Source of the DNA: Dipteris shenzhenensis
Lineage: Eukaryota
Assembly (NCBI GenBank): GCA_047967505.1
Contig: CM106538.1
Length of the DNA stretch: 64,000 nt
Strand: one strand, 5' to 3'
In this document: positions 1 to 10,843 of the stretch, piece after piece
How the letters are laid out: the number at the start of each line of letters is the position of its first letter
Position numbering within the stretch: the stretch's first letter is position 1
Notes under the pieces: model-generated
Told to the model about the DNA's origin: nothing
Database searches by the model: none
Seen by the model: only the letters and a program-made list of their open reading frames with translations
Program-made: the position numbers and the translations under genes

Positions 1-713
1 GATAGAACACCCTTTTTTCGTACTTTTGCTGAGAAGAATTAGGTCACACCTTTGGTTTTTAAGAAGAGAGTAGTAATGTACACATGAATGAAAGTGATAA
101 CAAAATAGGAGAGAAAAGGGGTGAATAGAGCTTGGATGGAAGTTTTCTCTGACAGATATTTGTAGGTGTAATAATAACATGAACAAAGAGGAGCAAAAAT
201 GACTAATCAAGAGTAGAATAGAGATAGTTTGAAACAAGGTGCTAGAAGATGGTGGGAATGCATTTTTTGAGTGCATTGAGGAGGTGAAACGTTTTGGAAG
301 AGAGAGAACAGTGAGAGAGTTTATTTGGAAGTCAAAGTTGGTTGGACTAGAAGGAAAACATGAGCATAGTTCTAGTTTAGGGCTATTTTGGATGGGAGAA
401 AAACAACTAGGCCTGACATGTCACGCCGGATCTGCCATATCACACTGGACATGCCATGGGAAATATTTTATTGTGTGAAGCACCAATGATGGGTATTTTG
501 GGAAAAAAAATGAAAACTTTCCCCTAGAATTGGGGAGCCTTTGTTACAGAGAAGTCCACATGGCATAACCTCCTTGACGGATTCCATATTCCCTTATTCA
601 AGCCTATAATATTTTAATAGTTCTCTAAAGGGGCCCTTTTTTAGTCCAAAATTTTTGTAATGCCACATCTTCCCTCCAACCATGCTCTCTCTTTGTGACT
701 CTCCTCCCTCCAG

Positions 714-836
<123 letters not shown>

Positions 837-1639
837 GCATTTCAACAATTATGAGGATCTACACCGGGAAAAAACACTTGCCACATGGAATATTCACAAT
901 CGAAATGCCACATGGAAGTATTTTTAAAGAATATAAATTAACTTTTGTTCAATGTGGTTTTTTTGGGTTATGTGTGCGTGGTGAAAATTTTTAAGAAGGA
1001 AAAATAACTTGGAATCCTCTCAAGTGGTAGGCTAAAAAATATATGGCATGCCTACTTGCATAATTGGTCAACATCGTACTTATTGACCTTAGCAATCCAC
1101 TCCAATAGCTTAAGAAGATGGTTTTGTTTCTCCATATACTTATCTATAATCTTCCATAGATATCCTTAGTTAAGTTTGATCTATTTCAAGATACATGTAT
1201 TCAAGTGATTTCTTGCACCCTTCTCTTGCAATTTTGTATGTGTGTGACATTTGGGTGACACAAGTGTGCAACTTGTGCATACGAAGCTCCCACATGGAGT
1301 TGTTTGATGTTCCAAATGAAACAAAAATGAATTTTCAAGATCTTAGAAGATGTCCATGTCAAAATTTATATTAAAAAGATCCAAAATGTCTAACTAAACA
1401 TCAACAAAATCTATGCTGGTTTTATCAACTGTGGGTGTAGCAATCTCTCCATCTTGTACTGTAATAGAACCTATCCTGGTTTCCTCAAGTACTTCATGCT
1501 CTAACTTGACAAATTACTAGGATCATCTCATAACGAGGAGATTGAGGCTTTGATGATTATTCTTGCACCCGATCACTATTAATTGTTGTAGCTCCCATCT
1601 CTTGATCAGCACCAAGCAACTCATTCATTGCATTGATCC

Positions 1640-2400
1640 ATTGGACAATGAATGATGCTCGGCCTTGGTCCTTCTCAATTGCAACACAATTTTGGCCCTT
1701 CTCCAAAGCACAAATGATGGTAGGAGCCATACAAGAGATACAAAATGAATCCACTCTCAAACCATAATAACTCTATCATCTCATTGATCAATCTGTCAGG
1801 CTTCTGATAGCAATTGACCAAATGATGGGATGCATCTAAGAAGCATAACTTTCTTGTCACAATAGGATACTTGAATACATTTTTGACATTTGTTTTTCTA
1901 CAATACATCCCAACCTTTCTCTTCTTAGAGGTAGAGAAATATCCAATTGTATCATCTCAAATAAACTAACCACTCTATCCCCTGGCATGTGTGTCAGATT
2001 AGTTTTGTACCTTACAAAAACCGGTCATAATATAAAGGATCTTGCAACACATATAGCATCAATATATAAATAAAAAAAATGTTACTAGAAAAATATAGGA
2101 ATGGAATGCTTACCAACACACCACTTTAAGTGCATGTGTTTCTTGCATGAGGACCTTTGTGACTATAAATGATTGCTTCATAGAAAAAAAAATTAAAATC
2201 CTCCACAGTGGGGCTATTGTCACCTATTTGAAATTTTGGAGCATTTGGGCTGATTGGGTATAGTTAAATGGCATTCATTAAAGTTTGATCCCTTCAATTT
2301 TTATCCAAATAGAATTTCAATCATGTAGAATGTGTAATTCCTCCTTGAAATCTTTTTGACCATGTCCATGACATCAATATTGAAGACATCATACTATAGA
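1640..2400 (-). pseudogene. N6_N4_Mtase-type DNA amino-methyltransferase domain (degenerate)
   Basis: Motif order is catalytic IV, WxKxN, QKPxxL, xLDxFxGSGT-like, G(R/Q)NxxxIE, which is the beta-class arrangement. ORFs 1675..1908 and 1557..1760 join by a frameshift inside motif I. Confidence 0.8.
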
Positions 2401-2779
2401 GGTGTGCCTTCTTTTACAAGGATGCATGCATTAACATTGTTAATAAACGAATATCTTAAAGAAGGAATTCAACATTAATTAAAGTTAAAATAATTTGAAG
2501 AAATACTCACTCAGCAAACTCATTTTCCATTCCTTCTAGCGATCAATTCTTGACAATGACTTGGGATAGAATAGGAGTTATAACTTTCTCATCACTAATC
2601 CCTTGCATGGGATAGAACAAGAGTTTTAACTTTGTCATCGCTAATCCCTTGCTTGGACTTCCAATGAGTGATTTTCATATCGTCAGAAATGGACTTGATG
2701 GAGACATCAACATTCCCTTAGTAGGATACCTTTTTATCATCTTGTTGGACTATTTTGACCTTTCAAAACTCTCAAGTCC

Positions 2780-3480
2780 CACAAGTTAAAGATTTGGTCC
2801 ACTAATTCCCAAATTGGACCATTTTGATGCCAATTGAAAGAAATTATAATAATTTTGTAAGGCTTCAAAAGACTTACTTTCATCAAAGACCAACATTTTT
2901 TTTAGGCAACAAAGTTTTCTTAATTTGATGGAAGGTTTAGAATTTGCTGCAATCCACTACGTATACTCATTATTAAAGAACTTGATGGCATTGAATAAAA
3001 GTCATAGTCAATCTGTAGTCATTGTCAATATTGTGGTCCCATGACAAGAGCTTAGCCTCCTTACTGGTAAGACCTATATAGATCTTACATTCACAATTCT
3101 TAAAGTATGGGGAGTCAAGGTACTCAAGTATCAATTCTCTTCTCATTTGTGTAAAATGACCACCCCCAATGCAATAGTAATCATATTGATCCACATAATG
3201 AGGATCAAAGTTAGCCTTTGTCAAACATTGGTATGGACAACTGTTACAACAAATGGAATAAATTAGCGATGGATTGGTCTTCATTTTTATCTTATGTTAT
3301 GCACATACAAAGGTACAGGTGGACATAATTCTAACACTCTTGTTCTAGTGTCCTCATCAATTGGTTGTCGGTGAATCTTATTGATATGTACGTAATATAT
3401 GTAATAATTCGTCACATCTACAAGTTTTTATTTTTGACTTTTCTCCCTACTAATGCATCACCAAGGACCTTTGTGATGAA
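2780..3480 (-). pseudogene. ParB/Sulfiredoxin-like N-terminal domain plus helical region (degenerate)
   Basis: ORF 2973..3284: Y-x-IGGGH-x3-R (cf. ParB IxGxHR), followed by strand-G-L-x3-EA-x5-HN. Confidence 0.6.
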
Positions 3481-3676
3481 TACAGTGAAAACTTCGTATC
3501 TAAAAGCACCTTCCAGGAAAGAAGCACTCTAATGATAAGGGACTTCATGAAAGGTTTAATTTCCTATGCCAAATCACACTATGTCAAAAGGGTTTATTTC
3601 CATAATCTTTCCCGATTTGATGGCATCTTGCTATTGAAGCATTTGGTAATGGAGGCTAATTGGATAGTGAAACCCA
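3481..3676 (+). pseudogene. Fragment of a protein-primed family B DNA polymerase (organellar linear-plasmid type), inserted antisense into the MTase gene
   Basis: YSENFVSKSTFQERSTLMIRDF...RVYFHNLSRFDGILLLKHL...VKP: ExoII motif YFHNxSRFDG typical of plant mitochondrial plasmid DNA polymerases. Both flanks read as the host minus-strand ORF. Confidence 0.8.
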
Positions 3677-4165
3677 TCATCTTCTTCATCTTCATCATCT
3701 TCATCATTGTGCACACGTTTTCCTTTGTCATCCTTTCTTGCTTCATTTCTTCCAGATTTCAGTACATACATTTTTATTTGAGTAGCATGCGAGGATTTGG
3801 CTGCAATGTTCTCATCCTGATGTGTCTAATGTGGAGGTTTTAAAGTAACCAATTGTTTAGATTGAGACTGAATGAAAGTGACATGCTTTAATATCTCAGT
3901 GATAATGTTTCCATTTTCCTTGATGCATTGACTTGATGCTCTGGCAAGCTCTAGAGGTGCAAAAACAAAGCAAAAAAATCTTCACTAAAAATATATTTCA
4001 TGCCATATCCTATATTTATTTATAAGATTGAATTGTAGAGCATCAATGTCATCCTCATCATACCAAATACTATTAAGAACTTTTTGGTGTACCAAACTCA
4101 CCTCTTCCTTTGTTTCTTGAGATCTTCAAGATAGCTCCAATACCTAATATTTGTTTTGTCGCGGT

Positions 4166-4168
<3 letters not shown>

Positions 4169-4239
<71 letters not shown>

Positions 4240-4356
4240 CGCATGCACATGCATGCATGCACGCCTGAGTGCATGTGTGCGCATGCATGTGCATGTGCAT
4301 GTGCACGTGCAAGTGCATGTGCACATGCACGTGCGTGTCCATGTGTATGTGTGTAT
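4169..4356. repeat. (GA)n microsatellite followed by a degenerate (GTGCAT)n tract
   Basis: Read directly. Confidence 0.95.
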
Positions 4357-5204
4357 GTGGAATATAAAAAATAATAACAAGAAGCAATAGCCAAACTAAT
4401 ATGTACCAATCAACATACACATCACATTGTTGGTTCAAGAAAAAGTGGTTTTCTTCCTCTGAAATCTCCTCTATCTCAATCATGATAGCAAGCTCCTTTC
4501 TTAATGTTCTCTTTGGCATGTTTGTTTGTAGAGAATATGCATCTAAAGAAGACTCAAGTTACCTTCATCTATATCTTTTCTTATGTGGTGGAGGGATCAC
4601 ATCCTTTGGTGAATCTTATTGTTGGCCAAATTGATGTGTGCCACTCTTCTTGGGAGGAGGCATTAAATTAACATCAACAAAACCTATAGGATCATCACCA
4701 TGAGTTCTCTACTTTCTCCTTCATCGTTGTGCTTTTACTTTACTAGCAAGAGGTGATTCCGTGTCCTCGTCCACCTCAAAGTGAGACCTCTTTTGAGATC
4801 TTCCCTTGTAGGAGGTGAATCAAAGTCATCTTGAGGTTTGCTTCCTAGAACTTGATCTCTCTGTTAATCAGTTGAAGGCAACGAATAAGAACACATGTAT
4901 TTTGCTGCAACTTGGCTTTCAAGTTCTATCGATTGAACCTTATCCTTAGTTGAGGAAGGATTTTTTAATTTGACTTGAGAGAAGGTTGTTGGCTACATGA
5001 AGAACTAAAAAATCATTAGAAGATGTCATATCACTACATTCATGAAGAAGGCATGAAGGTTTCATGATAGATTTATTGAAAGCAAGTCAAAAGTGACCTA
5101 AAGGAGAGATGATAGCTTGAAGAGAGGTGATAAGAAAGATGAATCCTTTATAAAAACTAGCAGACCAAAGTCATTAACAAAATCTTCATATAAAATTAAT
5201 ACAA

Positions 5205-6572
5205 AAGTCGATTCTATCATCAATTTGTGTCATAACTTATAACCTAGGCATGTTATATGTGTCTCTATCCTTCTTCTATCTAAACTAGACCTAGATGTAG
5301 GAGATAGGAGAAGAAGGTGCTTTTTAAGGAGATAGGATATAGGAGAAGAAGATGCTTTTTAAGAGAGGAGATTTTAGAAATACAAAGTTTAGAACAGATG
5401 AAAATCATGGCTTGAGATAAAGAAAGCTTGACGATAACATCATCAGATTTTGTCATAAATCATGCCAAAAATTGATGACATCATCAAGTTCTATCATGAT
5501 TTTGTCATAGATGATGACAAAACTCGATGAGATCATCAATTTTTGTCATAATTTATGACAAAGTTTGATGTCGTTATCAACCTGTGTCATAATTTATGAT
5601 AGAATTTTCCTAACAAAAGTATGAAATAGTAAAATGTGTGTAACTTTTGAATCATAACTCTACTTTTGGACCTTTATGGCTCAAAATATAGAGAATGATG
5701 GCTCTTTAAGTTACAAACAATATGTTCTTCATTTTCTTATATAGTTTGTTAAAATTCTAAGAAGAAGACACTAATAATTTGATGACAACCGAAGATGATC
5801 ATTATCTACTTTCTTATTTCTTATAGAGAGGAAACACTATCTAATCAACACATATCCCCTACTAGTAGCCAACACTAATCTTTATATAATTAGAGATTAT
5901 ACAACTCTTATTGGGACTTAGTTAATTACAGATCATATAACTCTTACAATGTCTAAGTTAAAACTTATTACACAACTCAAAAATATCATCAAGTTTTGTC
6001 ATGAGTTATGCCTACACTTGATGCTATTATCAAGTTATATAATTATTCTTACTCTCATTTACTATCATGACCTTTATATCATTATATAACTTAGCATTGT
6101 ATCTATATAATTTACCATACTAATGAAGAGCTCGGGGGGTGCACTACTAAGAAGCCCTATCTATCACGTGCATTCAAGGGGTATTTTAAAAACCCCTCAA
6201 CTAAAATTCCCCCCTAGTAAAAACACTCCTCTTTACTTATAACTAAGTGATTTTCTTCTAAAATTGAATTAAAAGTCCCCTCTTATTATTGTAATAATGT
6301 TAAATTTTTTCAAAAAGTTAAATTAAAATACCCCTCCTTTTGAATGCATGAGGTATACTAAAATTTTATGAGGTGAACCCTCCGAGATAAAGAGGTGATA
6401 TATAGCCAAACAAGTTGATGATATTATCAATCTATGCCATCATTGATATGCTACTTGATAACATGATTACATTAACTTACAACTTCATGATGCTATTTCC
6501 ATTTGTCATAACGTTTTCATAAGATCATTGAGCTGAGTCACAACTTATGACAAATATTGATGATGTTATTAA
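5205..6572. repeat. Degenerate ~41-bp repeat built from two palindromes (TTGATGA-NN-TCATCAA and TTTGTCATAA-N-TTATGACAAA)
   Basis: 16-mer copies at 5208, 5431, 5472 (perfect arms), 5524, 5565, 6018, 6415, 6557; second palindrome at ~5448, 5500, 5542, 5583, 5994. Confidence 0.8.
6128..6280 (+). repeat. DNA-transposon terminal inverted repeat-like sequence, inverse homolog of 33400-33546
   Basis: ctcggggggtgcactactaagaa...cattcaaggggtattt..aaaacccctcaactaaaa...cctctttacttat matches the reverse complement of 33400-33546 over ~150 bp. Confidence 0.75.
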
Positions 6573-6577
6573 GCTTT

Positions 6578-6843
6578 TGTTGAGAGTTTGCTCAACATCA
6601 TGTGATCACGTGTGCATAGCACCATCATGTGATCATATGTGCATAGCACTAACCCAATAGAGTGCTATAAAGGAAACGGTTAGATCCCCTAACCCTAACC
6701 CTAAATGGGTTTGTATATATTCTACATTTTCAACTAAATCTAGTGTACAGTTAGTCATTTGTGGTGTGCTCTGTAGCTATGCTCTCTAGTTGTGCCCTCT
6801 CCTCATCTCCACTCTTCTCCTCTCCCCTCTTCATATTTTGTCA
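6578..6843 (+). repeat. 5' LTR of outer Copia
   Basis: Starts tgttgag, ends ttgtca, immediately followed by a Met-i PBS; the left boundary is inferred. Confidence 0.7.
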
Positions 6844-7427
6844 TGGTATCAGAGCATGGTTCTGCCTTCCATTGAGGCGCCATCCTTCTTATGAGAGAGA
6901 GATTGAGTGATCGAGAGATTGAGAGATCAAGAGTTCTTTCACTTCCAATGAGTGATAGAATTTCAATCCATTTGAGAAGTTTCTGTCCATATTTGTGTTC
7001 ATTGCTTGAGTGCTTATGATAGTTTCTTGTGAGGGAAAGAGAGACTTATGTTCATGAGATTTCCGTGGATCTCATCCATTTCAACTAAATCTAGTTACAG
7101 TTAGTCATTTGTGGTGTGCTCTGTAGCTATGCTCTCCAGTTGTGCCCTCTCCTCATCTCCACTCTTCTCCTCTCCCCTCTTCATATTTTGTCATGGTATC
7201 AGAGCATGGTTCTGCCTTCCATTGAGGTGCCATCCTTCTTGTGAGAGAGAGATTGAGTGATCGAGAGATTGAGAGATTGAGAGTTCTTTCACTTCCAATG
7301 AGTGATAGAATTTCAATCCATTTGAGAAGTTTCTGTCCATATTTGTGTTCATTGCTTGAGTGCTTATGATAGTTTCTTGTGAGGGAAAGAGAGACTTATG
7401 TTCATGAGATTTCCGTGGATCTCATTC
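6728..7427 (+). repeat. Near-identical ~350-bp tandem duplication covering LTR 3' part + PBS + leader
   Basis: Units ~6728-7077 and ~7078-7427; PBS at 6844 and 7194. Confidence 0.95.
6844..6855 (+). promoter_or_regulatory. Primer binding site for tRNA-iMet (duplicated at 7194-7205)
   Basis: TGGTATCAGAGC. Confidence 0.95.
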
Positions 7428-9898
7428 GTTTCCGTTCATTTTGATTTGAGAGATTTCTATTGAGAGACCAATTGAAAGCGATTCACTCTGAGAGATTGTG
7501 AAAGAGAGAGAGATTCATGTCCATGCCTCTCATTGAGAGATTTGTTTATCGAATAGAGAGAAGTCTCTGTGAGAGAGAATAGAGAGATTGACTTCCTCTG
7601 AATAAGCCTCAAATTCAATAGAACTCTGCACCTAAGGAGAGACCTAAGGAGATCTCGGCTCCAAGTTCACAAGCCTCAGCTCACAACGAAGAGAAGTGCA
7701 CCTTGCTTCAAGCTCTACTTTTAGCAACTGCCTCAAGGCTATGTCCTACCGGCTACTTGCAGCCTCACAAGCTCCAAGTCTATAACCTTTACAACAATGA
7801 AGGCTTCTACTACAACAAAGTCTTCCAAGCGACCGACTCACCCATGCTCCATGGCAGACTCCAAAGGCCATAGCTCTCCAAGCCACAGATTTGGCTTCTA
7901 CTCCAACATGGGTGCTCTCCAACCACAGCCTTGGCCATGCTCTAGCCAATAGTCATGCCATGAGCGAACCTCTAAGGCATACGTAGTGCCCGCAATGCCA
8001 AAGATTCTACCAACAACCCTCCTAAACGTCCACTGAGGCATTAAACATCAGACGACAGCCTCCTACAATGAAGCTCCATGCTACACGAATGCGCCATCAG
8101 CTCCAACAGCCTTCCTAAAGCCATGGGCCAGCCAATGACATAAGCTGCTCAATCGCTCCTTCAACACATCAAGGCAATACAGGCAACTCAGCACCTCTAG
8201 CAAACCCGAAGCTCTTGCGACTCCTAGCACCTTCGAAGCTCCTCCATATAGGCCGCCTCACGTTAAGTGGTGCAGCTCCTTCAAAGCCCATCTACTAAGC
8301 ACCTCCATCAGCCATCGCCCACAACACCGCCAATGCCTCCAGCATCACCAAGGGTGGATGGCGATGGATCTCCCAAGGTCCATAGCCTTGTTCAACATAG
8401 TGCACCTTCTATAGCACACTGCTAACTCCAACTAGCCCCGCCCACGACCAAAACCTTGCTCATCCAGTTGTGGACTCCTTCAGTGGAACGAAGTGGCCTC
8501 CTCAGCATGCTCCTCGGCGATGGAATCATCCCACAAACCAACGGAGAAGGAGACAGAATCTTAAAGATTCCATCAGCATCACGTAGATTCCATCAAGACT
8601 CTCTTGTTGACATGTGGCACCAACCCTACCCTCAGCGTCACCACACATAGGTTTGGTTCACAGTCTACCACGTGGAAGACCTTATCTACCATGTCACTCC
8701 AAGTGACATGTCAATAGTCTCGTGAGGCTATCACATCATCAACCTTATCCACCACATCAATAGTCCACGTTAGCAGTCCACTTCAACACTACCACATTAA
8801 CAGTCCATGTCACCTATGCCATGTCATCAATGACACATCATCATTTCCCTATCAGCATTACCACATCATCACTTTGACTAGTCAATAGTCAACTACCACC
8901 TCATCAGTTAATAGTTGACCAATCAATACTACCACCTCAGCATCCTACTCAACTACCACATCATCACTGCCATGTGGCACTGACCCCTGCAAGCCCAGTC
9001 CCTTGCCAGGGACACTGTGCACATAGTTGCCACCTCAACATAGGGCTCCACAGGCACACCTCTTGTTAGGCACAATGCCACATCATCACTACATGTGACC
9101 CATTGTGACACATCATCATTGAGCACCATTTGCACTCCTTTTGCCCCTCCATCTAGATCAAGCGGTATCTCTTGATCTAGGAAGAATTTGAGGGCATTCC
9201 AAAAAAGGAAAGCCGCTTGATTTTTTATGCTCTATGCGCTCATCACATCACGCGCACATTTTGGCGCAAGTTACACTCACATTTGAGCCTCATCGACAAA
9301 AGCACTTCCTACATGCACATCAGCCTCTACATCGATGCATTTGACCCAACACTTAAAAGAACAAAAGAAAAGGAATTATTTGCTATTCTTTCATCGATCG
9401 ATGGTTGCTATAGATCTAGATCAGAGTAGGCTAGATCACTATAGAGGCGAAGCTTTGAATTTCCCCAAGTTGCCAATCTAAGCCATGCCCAAAATTTCCT
9501 GATTAGTACTTACTCGAAGTCAATCCATACGCCTACATATGGTTTCACATCATTACATTACCTGAAACTTGATGTTCATCAGTTCAGTGAGCAGACTTTA
9601 GAGAGTTTAGAGGCATTGCCGACTGTTCAGTGGGCATATAGCATTTGATTTCACACACACATGCCACCATTGTAAAGCCTACACGGCTATTTCACAACAT
9701 TGTGCACATCATTTCAGCCTTGTAAAGCCTCTTGGCTATTCCCGACATCATTGCCACAAGCCTTGTAATACATATCAGATTTTATATATTGCAGTTCTAT
9801 TTTCACCGACAGTTCATAGATTTCACTGGCCACAGTCAGTGCTTTACAGTTGATTTATACAGAGATTTTCACGACACTTTGAGTATATTTTTTGCACC

Positions 9899-10843
9899 AT
9901 GTCTATGACTAGCAACCTCAATCTGGAGGCATCTGCTAAGCTACACAACTCCAATTATGATACATGGAAATACCGAATGGAGACCATTCTTGTACTTCAA
10001 GACAAATGGGAGTGTGTCGATGGATCTACACCTAGACATTGGACAATCTAGCCAATGGTAGCTCTACTCCACCTGTTGTCACAGCACTAGTAGCAGGACC
10101 TACAATGGGATGTGTCAGAATTTGTTGTTGGATGGCAGTACTCTAGACTAGATTCTTGTATCCTTATCCTAGTCCATTCAGGATTACTTGAACCATTTCT
10201 ACGGGGTTCATAATCTCTCCTACTGCTACGAGTTGATTGTTGTAGTCTTTTATCTTGAGTACGTAAGCATGACTAGTTTTGTTGCTGTTTCAAAAACTCT
10301 GGTTAATTTGGTTTCTCAATGTGAGAATCCTAGAAGTGTTCTTTGACTCGTAGAGAGCTGCAAACATATCGTATGCTTCTTTCGATGTCTTCACTATGTT
10401 GAGTTGTCCTAGCATGACATCTTGCACATTCTGCTTGATCAGATGTGCTTGATCAGATGATAGGCGTACTTGTCTTTCTTATCCCATTCTGCCTGAGCTC
10501 AAGCAATGGTAGGATCTGCTACTGGCGCAGAAATAAGCATGAAAAGGTCATTCTAATGATCAGGCTTTTATAGCTTCAGACAGAAGCAGAGGAAGAGGCA
10601 GAGGTAGAGGTAGATCATACTAGAAAAGTGGTCATCATCAGCAACAAAATCAAAGTCAGAGTCAACATCAGCATCATCCTCAGCTGCTGCAGCATCAGAA
10701 TCAGCAAAGAGGAAATCATTCCAACTGAGGAAGATTTCAAGGATGAGGGAATGCATCCACCAACGTGTCAAACATCTAGTACAACTACTGTCACAAGTTT
10801 GGACACTATGAAAGAGATTGCCGTAAGAAGCAATACGACCAAG
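9899..10843 (+). pseudogene. gag: Copia gag with an internally inverted segment (~10111-10530)
   Basis: + strand MSMTSNLNLEASAKLHNSNYDTWKYRME; - strand 10530->10111 EWDKKDKYAYHLIKQNV...ILNGLG; + strand resumes QAFIAS-RGRGRG...zinc knuckle. Confidence 0.85.

Larger units (their letters stand above)
1400..5029 (-). pseudogene. Decayed intron-containing gene: low-complexity N-terminus + ParB/Srx-like domain + beta-class N6-adenine/N4-cytosine DNA methyltransferase
   Basis: Manual minus-strand translation across frameshifts. ParB-like part: YYCIGGGHFTQMRREL...CKIYIGLTSKEAKLLSWDHN. MTase part, in order: MIEILFG (degenerate D-I/P-P-Y/F-G), VVCW|YKTN across a GT-AG intron at 2113-2011, VNCYQKPDRLINEMIELL, ILYLLYGS-TIICALEKGQNCVAIEKD (motif I/II). 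Gene ends are approximate; candidate ATG at 5029. Confidence 0.75.

Noticed and set aside
3481-3843. Polinton/Maverick or virus
   Set aside because: Only a ~200-bp PolB fragment; no capsid, ATPase or integrase genes linked to it
1400-5029. Bacterial contamination or a restriction-modification operon
   Set aside because: Spliceosomal intron, internal microsatellite, decay pattern and plant TE context; no restriction endonuclease seen
5205-6572. CRISPR-like array
   Set aside because: Repeats are degenerate, spacers are not unique or regular, and there are no cas genes
6688-6705. (CCCTAA)n telomere-like tract
   Set aside because: Only ~3 units inside an LTR; at most a telo-box-like motif
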